From: Candidatus Eiseniibacteriota bacterium
GTDB taxonomy: Bacteria; Eisenbacteria; RBG-16-71-46
Length of the DNA stretch: 58,860 bases
Direction: 5' to 3'
Assembly (NCBI GenBank): GCA_038068435.1
Contig: JBBTLZ010000038.1
Location: forward strand, 1-58,860
Part shown: one piece after another, positions 32,746 through 41,720 of the stretch
Position numbering within the stretch: the stretch's first letter is position 1
How the letters are laid out: the number at the start of each line of letters is the position of its first letter
Made by a program: the position numbers and the translations under genes
The notes under the pieces: model-generated
What the model was told of the DNA's origin: nothing
Database searches by the model: none
The model's input: the letters and a program-made list of their open reading frames with translations, nothing else

Positions 32746-34467
32746 TCAGCGCGGCTGGAGGACGACGCGGAACTGATGCAGCGCGCCACGCTCGCAGCGG
32801 AAGCCGGCCATCGCCTCGCGCGAGCTCACGTCGAATCGCAGTGCACCGAGATTGACGAGCCGCAGACGCTGCGGGCCGCAGGGTGCCACCGGCAGGCTGA
32901 AGCCCCGGGGCGAGCCCATGAACAGCTCGACCGTGTCGGCGATCGCCGGGTACCAGGCGAGCGAGACCGCGACCCGCGTGCGGCCCGGCAGCGGCTCGTC
33001 CGAGTCGGCCTCGACGGTGCCCTCGATGCGGCAGGTGCACGAGTCGCCGGCCGCGCTCAGCGTGCCGGCCTCCGCGGGGCGCACCCCCGGCGTGCGGATG
33101 ACGAGCGGGCGGGCGCGTGCACGCGATTCGCCTTCCGGTCGAGGGAAGATGCGGGAGGTGCCCGACTCGGGCCCGCTCGCGCCGGTCGGCGCCGCCGGCG
33201 AGACGCCCTCCGGCGACGGGTCGGTCGCTGCGCCGCGGCCGGACTCGGATCGCCTGCCCGAGGTCGTGGCGCCTGCCGGCTTCGCGGACGCCGCGGCGGC
33301 GGATGGCTCCGGCTCGGCACGCGGGCGCTCGGGCGACGGAGCACGCGTGGCGCGCGCGGGGCTCGTGGCGCCCGGTGCGGGCGTCCGGGCCCAGGGCGAC
33401 TCGGCCGGCGGCTCGGGCATCGGCTGCGGCGGCCGCACCGCCACGGTGTCACGGCCGGCCGTCAGCCGCGGCCTGGCGATCGCCCGGCCCCGATGTTCGG
33501 GGCGCGCTGGCGCTCCGGCCAGCCCATCGAGCGCCGCGACCGGCGGCGGCGACGTGGTGTCGTAGGTCCCGGCGATCATGTGCACCTCGTGCCGCAGGGC
33601 ATCCCAGCGTTTCTCCTGCGCCTCGCGCGTGCGCTTCGCCTCGTCGCCAGCGACCGAGCCTTCCCGCGCGGCGCGGCGCCTGGCCGCGGCCAGCTCGCGC
33701 TCGGCCTCGCTCGGCGGCGGGGCCGCGGCCGGTGAGGACTTCGCGGGGGCGGCGCTGACGGGCGGACCGCTCCGCTCGGGCTCGCGCGTGGGACTCTTTC
33801 CCGACCGCTTCGCCTTCGTGCTCTCCGACCCGTCGGTGCCGGCGCCCTTCTTCTTCGGCGTCGCGGACGCGGCCGGCGGTGTTCCCGGCGGGGACGCGGT
33901 CGGGACGCGCACGCCGGCGAGCGCTACCCGGTCCACCACCGGCAGGTCGAGCGTCTCGGGCGAGCCGATCGCCTCGCCGCGGGTGCCGATGAAGCTCACG
34001 ATCGCGACCCCGGTGGCATCGCCGTCGGCCGTGAGCGCCCGCGCGATCGCCGCGGTGACCCGGGGCTGATTGGAGCGCACCTCGCAGCGGGCCACGCCGT
34101 CGTCTCCGGACACGACGCGTAGCTTAAGCCCCAGCTCGGCCTCGCCGCCCGGCAGCGCGAGCCGCCACCCGCGCTGCTCGGCGTGCACGCGCAGCGCGAT
34201 CGGGTTGCGTGCCAGGTCGGCGAGCGAGCCGAGGGGGAGGTTGAGCACGAACTGACCGGCATCGTCCACCGTGGCGCTCGCGCGCCGCGTGCCCCGCACC
34301 GAGACGCGCGCGCCGGCGACCGGCCAGCCCTCCGCGTCGGTGACGCGACCGCGCAGCACCAGCGTCTTGCGGTCGCCCGGCGCCGCATGCGAGGCCGTCG
34401 TCGCGCCCGGCAGCAGGCCGAGGAGGATGGCGAGGACGACGAGACAGCGCGCGGACCTGCGATTCAT
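32746..34467 (-). CDS. Exported protein: carboxypeptidase-regulatory-like domain, long Pro/Ala linker, small Cys-containing C-terminal domain
   Basis: Signal peptide; LRGRVTDAEGWPVAGARVSV; low-complexity middle; CTCRIEGTVE...CGP...CERG. Confidence 0.6.
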   Translation of the reverse strand: MNRRSARCLVVLAILLGLLPGATTASHAAPGDRKTLVLRGRVTDAEGWPVAGARVSVRGTRRASATVDDAGQFVLNLPLGSLADLARNPIALRVHAEQRGWRLALPGGEAELGLKLRVVSGDDGVARCEVRSNQPRVTAAIARALTADGDATGVAIVSFIGTRGEAIGSPETLDLPVVDRVALAGVRVPTASPPGTPPAASATPKKKGAGTDGSESTKAKRSGKSPTREPERSGPPVSAAPAKSSPAAAPPPSEAERELAAARRRAAREGSVAGDEAKRTREAQEKRWDALRHEVHMIAGTYDTTSPPPVAALDGLAGAPARPEHRGRAIARPRLTAGRDTVAVRPPQPMPEPPAESPWARTPAPGATSPARATRAPSPERPRAEPEPSAAAASAKPAGATTSGRRSESGRGAATDPSPEGVSPAAPTGASGPESGTSRIFPRPEGESRARARPLVIRTPGVRPAEAGTLSAAGDSCTCRIEGTVEADSDEPLPGRTRVAVSLAWYPAIADTVELFMGSPRGFSLPVAPCGPQRLRLVNLGALRFDVSSREAMAGFRCERGALHQFRVVLQPR

Positions 34468-34573
34468 CGGGATTCCCTGGGGACTCGGGTGGGCGCGGGC
34501 GACGCCCATTATAGCAGCGGCCCCAGGGGCGGGGGTCGGCCACGGGACGACCTGGGGCTGCGCGCTCCCGGGA

Positions 34574-36613
34574 CTACGCCTCCGGCGCGATGGCGGGGCT
34601 CAGTCGCTCGAACGCGCGCTCCATCTCGGCGTGGGTGCCCGCCAGCACCAGGGTGTCGCCGACCCACAGCCGGAACTCGTCGCCGAACACGGTGATGGCA
34701 TGCCCGCCGCGGACGACCGCCACGACCTGTGCCCCCTGCGCGTCCGCGAGGCCGGCCTCGACCAGGGTGCGACCGATGGCCGGCGAATGCTGGAGGAGCA
34801 GGAACGTATCGCACGTCCCCTGCGTGAGGATGGCATCGAGCTGCTCCACCACCGAGCCCGGCAGCTTCATCCCGCGCAGCAGGCTGTAACGCTCCTGCCG
34901 CAGCAGTGCGATCTGCGCCTGGATCACGTTCATGGGCACGTGGAACTGGCGGAGCGCGGCGGTGAAGATCTCGATCGAGGTCTCGAACTCCTCGGGGATC
35001 ACCTGATTGGCGCCGAGGCGGTGCAGCTCGTCGATCTCGGATACGTAGCGGGTGCGCACGATGATGTGCACGTGGCGCGAATGCGTGCGGGCGAGGTGGC
35101 ACGCGTGCCGCGTGGCGGTGGGGTCGCTCAGCGCCAGCACCAGCGCGCGTGCGCGTGGCAGTCCCGCCTGCTGCTGGATGAGAGGGTTGGTGATGTCGCC
35201 GACCAGCGCCCGGCTGCCCTCGCTCGCCGCCACCCGGAGTGCCTCGGGGTCAAGGTCCACGACCAGGTGCGGGACGCGCACGGCGCGCAGCACGCGCGCG
35301 ACATTGCGGCCGTTGAGTCCGAACCCGGCGATCACGACGTGGTCCGCGAGGGGGGCGGCCTCCGATCCTCTCGCCGCCTCGGACGTAGCCCCCGCCTCGC
35401 GCCCGCGCGTGCGCCGGCGTTCGAATGCGAGCGCCCATTCGGGCGCCTTCCCCACCAGCAACGGCGTCAGCATGAGCGAGAACACGGCGCCCGCGAAGAA
35501 CGCCTGGCCGCCGAGCGTGCCCAGCAGGCCGCTGGGTGCCCCGGCCCCGGCGAGCACGAACGAGAACTCCCCCACCTGGGCCAGGCTCACCCCGCCCGCC
35601 AGCGCCACGCGCCACGGAGCCCGGGCCAGGCGCAGCGCGGCGACCGCGGCCGCCATCTTGATCCCGACCAGGCCGACGGTGCTCGCGAGCACGACCAGCG
35701 GCTGGTCGAGCAGCAGTCGGGGAGCGAGCAGCATGCCGATCGAGATGAAGAACACGCTGGCGAGGGCGTCGCGGAACGGTAGCACGTCGGCCGCGATCCG
35801 GGACTTGAGGTCCGACTCGGCGAGGATAAGCCCGGCCAGGAACGCCCCCAGCGCCAGCGAGAGGCCGGCCCACGAGGTGAGCCACGCGCTGCCCAGCGTC
35901 ACCAGCACGACGCCGAACAGGAATGCCTCGCGGGAGCGCGAGCGCGACACGCGCGCGAGCAGCCACGGCACCGCGCGCCGCGCGACCGCGAATGCCAGCG
36001 CGACGACCGCCAGCAGGGTGAGCGAACGCAGCGCGGTCTCGGCGGGCGGCCCCGCAGTACCCGGCGCCGCACCCGCGGCGACGCCCGCGTACCAGCGACC
36101 GAGCCACGGCACCGCGACCGCGAACGGGATCACCATCAGGTCCTGGAAGACGAGGATGCCCGTCACCAGCCGGCCGTGCGGCGACGAGAGCTCGAGTCGG
36201 TCGGTGAGGAGCTTCAGCACCAGCGCCGTGCTCGAGAGCGCGAGCAACGACCCGAAGAAGAGGGCGCGGGCCGGGTGCAGGCCCGCCGCGGCGAGCCCCC
36301 CGCCGACGAGTGCCACCGTGAGCAGTACCTGCAGCACGCCCGCCAGGATGGCGCCGCGGCCGATGCGTCCGAGGTCGGTGAGCGAGAACTCGAGCCCGAC
36401 CGTGAAGAGCAGCAGCACGACGCCGAACTCGGCGAGGGTGCGCACCAGCTCTGCGTCGCGGATCAGCCCGAGACCGCCCGGGCCGATGAGCACGCCGGTG
36501 ACGATGAAGCCGACCACGGCGGGGAGCCGCAGGCGGCGGAACAGCATGACCACGGCGAGCGAGACGCCCGCGAGCATCAGCAGCTCGCGCAGGACCGGGA
36601 TCTCGTGGCTCAT
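34574..36613 (-). CDS. CPA2 cation:proton antiporter with TrkA-N and TrkA-C domains
   Basis: GVLIGP, LLFTVGLEFS, LSSTA, GILVFQD, LAQVGEFSFVL, VIAGFGLNG, C-terminal RCK-C. Confidence 0.93.
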   Translation of the reverse strand: MSHEIPVLRELLMLAGVSLAVVMLFRRLRLPAVVGFIVTGVLIGPGGLGLIRDAELVRTLAEFGVVLLLFTVGLEFSLTDLGRIGRGAILAGVLQVLLTVALVGGGLAAAGLHPARALFFGSLLALSSTALVLKLLTDRLELSSPHGRLVTGILVFQDLMVIPFAVAVPWLGRWYAGVAAGAAPGTAGPPAETALRSLTLLAVVALAFAVARRAVPWLLARVSRSRSREAFLFGVVLVTLGSAWLTSWAGLSLALGAFLAGLILAESDLKSRIAADVLPFRDALASVFFISIGMLLAPRLLLDQPLVVLASTVGLVGIKMAAAVAALRLARAPWRVALAGGVSLAQVGEFSFVLAGAGAPSGLLGTLGGQAFFAGAVFSLMLTPLLVGKAPEWALAFERRRTRGREAGATSEAARGSEAAPLADHVVIAGFGLNGRNVARVLRAVRVPHLVVDLDPEALRVAASEGSRALVGDITNPLIQQQAGLPRARALVLALSDPTATRHACHLARTHSRHVHIIVRTRYVSEIDELHRLGANQVIPEEFETSIEIFTAALRQFHVPMNVIQAQIALLRQERYSLLRGMKLPGSVVEQLDAILTQGTCDTFLLLQHSPAIGRTLVEAGLADAQGAQVVAVVRGGHAITVFGDEFRLWVGDTLVLAGTHAEMERAFERLSPAIAPEA

Positions 36614-36649
36614 CGCGCCGAGCCTCCGGTGGTGGGCCGCGCGGCGCGG

Positions 36650-38020
36650 CTAGAGCGGGCGGGCCAGTTCCTCGTAGAGGTAGGCCACGCTCTTCGTCCC
36701 CCCGTGGAAGGAGGAGAGCGAGATCTTCTCGTTGGGCGAATGCACGTGGTCGTCGTCGAGCCCGAATCCCATCAGGATGCTCGGCAGCCCGTGGGTCTCT
36801 TGGAAGGTGGCCATCACCGGGATCGAGCCGCCCTCGCGGATCATCACCGCGGGCTTGGCCCACGCACGGCCGAGCGCGCGGCGCGCCGCCTCGAGCATCG
36901 GATGGTCGGGCGCGGTGAGGAACGGCGGCGCCGAGTGGAGGTCGATCACCTTGACGGTCACGCCGGGTGGGGCGAGGCGCCTGACCTGGGCCTCGAAGCT
37001 GCGGAACACCTCGGCACCGTCCTGTTCGGGCACCAGCCGCATGCTCACCTTGGCGGCTGCGAACGACGGCAGGATGGTCTTGCTCCCCTCGCTGGTGTAA
37101 CCGCTCCACATGCCGTTCACGTCGAGCGTCGGGCGCACGGTGATGCGCTCGAGCGTCGTCCAGCCCTTCTCCCCCCACGGCCCGGGCGAGCCACTCTCGT
37201 GGAGGAAGCCCTTCTCGTCGAACGGCACGGCGTTGAGCGTCTGGCGCTCGGCGGCACTGAGCGTGCGCACGCGGTCGTAGAATCCCGGCACCGTGATGCG
37301 GCCGCCGGCGTCCTTGAGCGCGGCGATGATGCCGCACAGGGCGTTCGCCGGGTCCATCACCGCGCCGCCGAAATGTCCCGAGTGGAGGTCCTTGGACGGA
37401 CCGGTCACCTCGATCTGCGTGTAGCAGATGCCGCGCAGGCCGTAGGTGAGCGCGGGCTGGTCGGGGCCGAGCATCGCGGTGTCGCTGACGATGATGACGT
37501 CGGCGTCCAGCTCCTTGCGGCGCTCGCGCAGGAACTTCGCGAGGTGGTCGCTCCCCACCTCCTCCTCGCCCTCGATGATCACCTTGAGGTTGATGGGCAG
37601 CCCGCCGTTCACCTTCATGTGCGCCTCGATCGCCTTGAGGTGCATGTAGACCTGCCCCTTGTCGTCCACGGCGCCGCGCGCGTAGAGCTTGCCGTCGCGC
37701 AGCACCGGTTCGAACGGCGGCGTCGTCCACAGCTCGAGCGGCTCGGGCGGCTGGACGTCGTAGTGGCCGTAGAGCAGGGCGGTGGGCTTGCCGGGCGCGC
37801 CCAGCCACTCGGCGTAGACGATCGGATGCCCGGCGGTCGGCACCACCTCGACGCGGGTCATGCCGAGTACCCGCAGGTGGTCGGCGAGGTGATGAGCACA
37901 GCGCGCGCAATCGGCCCGGTGGTCCGCCTTCGCGCTCACGCTCGGGATGCGCAGCGCCGCCTTGAGGTCGTCGACGAAGCGCTCGCGGTTCTGCTCGAGG
38001 TACGCGGTGAGGGCGTCCAT
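36650..38020 (-). CDS. M20 family dipeptidase
   Basis: YGHYDVQP, RGAVDDKG, EGEEEVGS, DLHSG, GGSIP, HSPNE. Confidence 0.95.
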   Translation of the reverse strand: MDALTAYLEQNRERFVDDLKAALRIPSVSAKADHRADCARCAHHLADHLRVLGMTRVEVVPTAGHPIVYAEWLGAPGKPTALLYGHYDVQPPEPLELWTTPPFEPVLRDGKLYARGAVDDKGQVYMHLKAIEAHMKVNGGLPINLKVIIEGEEEVGSDHLAKFLRERRKELDADVIIVSDTAMLGPDQPALTYGLRGICYTQIEVTGPSKDLHSGHFGGAVMDPANALCGIIAALKDAGGRITVPGFYDRVRTLSAAERQTLNAVPFDEKGFLHESGSPGPWGEKGWTTLERITVRPTLDVNGMWSGYTSEGSKTILPSFAAAKVSMRLVPEQDGAEVFRSFEAQVRRLAPPGVTVKVIDLHSAPPFLTAPDHPMLEAARRALGRAWAKPAVMIREGGSIPVMATFQETHGLPSILMGFGLDDDHVHSPNEKISLSSFHGGTKSVAYLYEELARPL

Positions 38021-38195
38021 GCGGCGGGCTCCGGAGTCGGATGTGCGGGCGTGCTCGGGTTCGGCACTCTAGCATAGGGCCGCCTCGGGGCGTCCGCGGC
38101 CCGCCCCACGCGGCCCGCCCCACGCTTGCCCCGCCCCGGTGAATCTGTGAGGATGCAGACTCTGATTCGAGGCACATCCCCCTTGACCCGAGTAC

Positions 38196-38405
38196 ATGCA
38201 GGTCCGAATCATCCGCTCCGAGTGCTGCGGCAACGCACAGTGCTGTGAGATCGCACCCGACGTGTTCGCGCTCGACAGCCGGAACAAGGCGATCGTCCTC
38301 GATGCCGAGGCGGCGCCGCTCGAGAAGCTGATCGAGGCCGCCGAGGCCTGCCCGTGCTCGGCGATCGTGGTCGAGGACGACGACGGCAACGAGGTATTCC
38401 CGTGA
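38196..38405 (+). CDS. Monocluster ferredoxin (probably [3Fe-4S])
   Basis: CCGNAQCCEIAPDVF ... AAEACPCSAI. Confidence 0.9.
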   Translation: MQVRIIRSECCGNAQCCEIAPDVFALDSRNKAIVLDAEAAPLEKLIEAAEACPCSAIVVEDDDGNEVFP

Positions 38406-38815
38406 ACGAACCGACGAGCAGCCCCCCGCACGCGCTGACGATGAGGGTGCTCCCCGGTCGGCTGGCGGTCTGCCGCCTCGACGCCGACGGCCCCCTGCCC
38501 GCCTGGGTGTTCCACGCCGAGGCGCGCTTCTTCTCGGTGATGCGCACGCCCGAGGAGACCTCGGTCGTCTGTCCCGAGGACGACGTGCCGCCGGCGGCGG
38601 CGCGCGTGGACCGGGGTTGGCACGCGCTCAAGGTGGACGGGCCGCTCCCGCTCACCATGACCGGCGTGACGGCCAAGCTGACGACGCCGCTCGCCGCGGC
38701 GGGGATCCCGGTGTTCGCGCTCTCGACCTACGACACCGACTACCTGCTGATCAAGGCGGAACATCTCGAGCGCGCGGTCGCACTGCTGCGGACGCGATTC
38801 ACGGTGGTGGAGTAG
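38402..38815 (+). CDS. ACT-domain protein (ACT_7/CASTOR-like)
   Basis: RTPEETSVVC, GPLPLTMTGV, AGIPVFALSTYDTDYLLIK. Confidence 0.88.
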   Translation: MNEPTSSPPHALTMRVLPGRLAVCRLDADGPLPAWVFHAEARFFSVMRTPEETSVVCPEDDVPPAAARVDRGWHALKVDGPLPLTMTGVTAKLTTPLAAAGIPVFALSTYDTDYLLIKAEHLERAVALLRTRFTVVE

Positions 38816-38837
38816 GAAGCTTCCCGCCTCCTCCGCG

Positions 38838-39335
38838 TCACCCCGTCCAGCGTCCCGGCATCGGGATCCAGCGCCCGACCGCCTGCCGGTAGCGCGCGTA
38901 GTCATCTCCGAAGCGCCTCGCCATTCGCGGCTCCTCCCACCCGGCAACGAACGTATGGAAGGCCAGCCACGCCGCCGCCGCATAGGCCACGAGCAGGGAC
39001 GAGGCGAACCAGGCGGCGAGCGCGAGCAGCACGAGCAGTTCTCCGAGATTCATCGGATTCCGGACCCATCGGTAGGGCCCCGCGACCACGAGCCGTTCGG
39101 GCGGAAGCGCGGGGGATGGGGTCCCCCCGCCCACGCGCTGGAACAGCACGATGCACCACAGCTGGAGCGCGGCGCCGATCAGTCCGATCAGCGCCCCGAG
39201 GGTGCGCAGGACGAGGGACGGTCGCCACACGATGCCGAGATGCCTCTCCATCACGAGGAGCGCCCAGGGCAGCAGTGCGACCGTCACCGCGTAATAGCCG
39301 AGGTTGAGGGCGACGTTCTTCGCGGTCAGGCTCAT
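38838..39335 (-). CDS. Isoprenylcysteine carboxylmethyltransferase/PEMT family membrane methyltransferase
   Basis: GTPSP, LVVAGPYRWVRNPMNLG, WEEP...FGDDYARY. Confidence 0.88.
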   Translation of the reverse strand: MSLTAKNVALNLGYYAVTVALLPWALLVMERHLGIVWRPSLVLRTLGALIGLIGAALQLWCIVLFQRVGGGTPSPALPPERLVVAGPYRWVRNPMNLGELLVLLALAAWFASSLLVAYAAAAWLAFHTFVAGWEEPRMARRFGDDYARYRQAVGRWIPMPGRWTG

Positions 39336-39361
39336 GGTGTCGGGCCCGCTGGTGGCGGCCC

Positions 39362-40165
39362 TCACTCCACCCGCTTCGCCACCACCACCACCCGCGGCAG
39401 CTCGAAGTTCACGTCCTCGCCGACGGGACGCACCCGCAGGTAATCGCGCACCTTGGCCGGTGCCGCGAGCAGGGTGCGGCGGCATTCGTCCGCCACCACG
39501 CTCGACGCCCCGCTGCGCGCCAGCCATTCCAGGAGCGAGCGGCCCTCCGGCAGCTCGACCACGTAGTCCTCGACGAAGTCCACGCGCAGCCCCGTCGCTT
39601 CGATGAATCCGCGCCATTCCCGGGCGCTGTAGTTGCGCACCGTCGTCGGGTCGTGAAGCGTGTCGAGCCGGTTGAGGAACGCGTCGATCTCGGGATCGTC
39701 GGGCACCGTGCCGTCGGCGATGCCGAGCCGGCCACCGCGCCTGAGGACGCGCGCCATCTCGGCGACCGCCGCGCGGATGTCGGCGAAATGGTGCGGGCAT
39801 GCGCGCGAGGTGACGAGGCCGAAGGCGCGGTCCGCGAACGGCAGGCAGTGGGCATCGCCGCACACCGGATCGACGTTTGCGGCCGCCGCGCGCCGCGCGG
39901 CGAGGCGGGCCGCGTGGAGCATCTCGGGCGCGGCGTCGAAGGCGACCGCGCGGGCCACGTAGGGGGCGAAGGCGACCGCCACCGGCCCGGGGCCGCTGCC
40001 GATGTCGAGCAGCGTCTCGTCGGTCACCGGCTCCATGCGCTCGAGCAGCATGAGCCGGGTGGCGCCCTCGACGTGGGCGCGGCTGACCGCGTACTGGCGG
40101 GCGTGCGCGCCGAACCGGCGCGCCGTCTCGGCGACCCCGGGGCGAGTGGGCTCAGGCTCGCTCAT
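39362..40165 (-). CDS. Class I SAM-dependent methyltransferase
   Basis: LLDIGSGPG, GDAHCLPF, HHFAD, RVLRRGG. Confidence 0.9.
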   Translation of the reverse strand: MSEPEPTRPGVAETARRFGAHARQYAVSRAHVEGATRLMLLERMEPVTDETLLDIGSGPGPVAVAFAPYVARAVAFDAAPEMLHAARLAARRAAAANVDPVCGDAHCLPFADRAFGLVTSRACPHHFADIRAAVAEMARVLRRGGRLGIADGTVPDDPEIDAFLNRLDTLHDPTTVRNYSAREWRGFIEATGLRVDFVEDYVVELPEGRSLLEWLARSGASSVVADECRRTLLAAPAKVRDYLRVRPVGEDVNFELPRVVVVAKRVE

Positions 40166-40214
40166 GGGAGGCTGCGGTCCGCGGCCGGGGTGCCGCCCGG
40201 ATCGCGCGGCGCGC

Positions 40215-41594
40215 TCACGCCCCGGCGGGGGCGCCGCTCGCGACCGGGAGGCCCGCCTTCCGGTACGCGTCCATGCCGCCCACGCCGTTGGCGACCCGCG
40301 TGAATCCCGCGCGCTGCAGCACGCTGCTGGCGATGCTGCTGCGATAGCCGCTGGCGCACACCACCACCCATTCGGTGTCGCGGTCCAGCTCGCCCAGGCG
40401 CTCCTGAAGCTGGGCGAGCGGCATGTGATTCGCCCCGGCGAGGTGAAAACTCTCCCACTCGCGGGCGCGACGCACGTCGAGCACGTTGCGCGCGCCCGCC
40501 GCCAGCGACTCGACCGGCACCTGCGCCGTGGTACCGACCGGCAGCCCCTCCGCGCGCCAGCGCTCTGCGCCCCCCTCGAGCACGCCGATCACCTTCTCGT
40601 AGCCGACGCGTGCGAGCCGCATGACCGCCTCCTCGATGCGGTCCGAGTCCGCGACCAGCAGCAGCGGCTGGTCGGGCCTGAGCAGAGTGCCCACCCACGA
40701 GGCGTACTGACCGTCGAGTGGCACGTTGAGCGCGCCCGCCGGGTGCGAGACCGCAAAGGCCGGGCTGGGTCGCGTGTCGAGGATGACGGCGCCGCGCTCC
40801 GCCGCGGTCGCGAACTCGCGCGGCGCCAGCAGCGGCGGCATCGGGCGCTCGGCGTCGAGTGCGGGGCCCGCCTTGTTGAGGTCGCGCGAGTAGAGATAGT
40901 AGATCGGCGTCTCCGGCACGTCGCGCGTCACCTCGGCGATGAACGCCTCGCGGCTCATGGGCTTGAGCGCCGCGTTCATCGCCCGCTCGCGGCCGATGGT
41001 GCTCCAGGTGTCCTTACCTATGTTGCGCCCGCAGAGCGAGCCGGCGCCGTGGGCGGGATAGACGCGCGTGTCGTCGGGGAGCATGAGCAGCTTCCCGTGC
41101 AGGCTGTCGTACATCATGCCCGCCAGATCGGTGACCGGCAGGCGCGAGGAGAGGATGTCGACGCGCCCCACGTCGCCCACGAACAGCGTGTCGCCGGTCA
41201 GCACTCCCCAGGGTTTATGGTCGTCCGGGCGCTCGTAGACTAGGAACGAGAGGCTCTCGGGCGTGTGGCCCGGCGTCTCGACGGCCCTGATGGCGAGCTG
41301 GCCCACGCGGATGACGTCCCCCTCGGCGAGCGGGCGATGGGGATAGGCGGCGTCGGCCCTGGCGCCGACGCCGATGGTGGCGCCGGTCCGCGCCGCCAGC
41401 TCACGGTGGCCCGAGACGAAGTCGGCGTGCAGGTGCGTCTCCAGCACCCAGGTGATCCTGAGACCGTGGGCCCCGGCCTCGTCGAGATACATCTGCACAT
41501 CGCGCGAGGGGTCCACCACCACCGCCTCGCCGCCGTCGCCGATCAGGTAGGAGGCGTGCGCGAGGCAGCCGACGTAGAACTGGCGGAAGTGCAT
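40215..41594 (-). CDS. MBL-fold persulfide dioxygenase fused to two rhodanese domains
   Basis: ETHLHADFVSG, TPGHT, TGDTLFVGDVGR, PAHGAGSLC; LDTR and LDVR rhodanese starts; CASGYRS. Confidence 0.92.
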   Translation of the reverse strand: MHFRQFYVGCLAHASYLIGDGGEAVVVDPSRDVQMYLDEAGAHGLRITWVLETHLHADFVSGHRELAARTGATIGVGARADAAYPHRPLAEGDVIRVGQLAIRAVETPGHTPESLSFLVYERPDDHKPWGVLTGDTLFVGDVGRVDILSSRLPVTDLAGMMYDSLHGKLLMLPDDTRVYPAHGAGSLCGRNIGKDTWSTIGRERAMNAALKPMSREAFIAEVTRDVPETPIYYLYSRDLNKAGPALDAERPMPPLLAPREFATAAERGAVILDTRPSPAFAVSHPAGALNVPLDGQYASWVGTLLRPDQPLLLVADSDRIEEAVMRLARVGYEKVIGVLEGGAERWRAEGLPVGTTAQVPVESLAAGARNVLDVRRAREWESFHLAGANHMPLAQLQERLGELDRDTEWVVVCASGYRSSIASSVLQRAGFTRVANGVGGMDAYRKAGLPVASGAPAGA

Positions 41595-41720
41595 GACGGG
41601 CTCCTGGGCTGGGGCCTGGGTCGCGGGTTCGAAGGACCGCTCAATGAAAGCCTAACGCGGGGCGCGCCGCAACGGAGGAGTCACCGCGGCACCGACACGC
41701 CTGAGTGATAGCATTCGGCC

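Noticed and set aside
35250-38177. 975-aa minus-strand ORF
   Set aside because: Arg/Gly/Pro-rich alternative frame over the antiporter and M20 peptidase genes, with no motifs.
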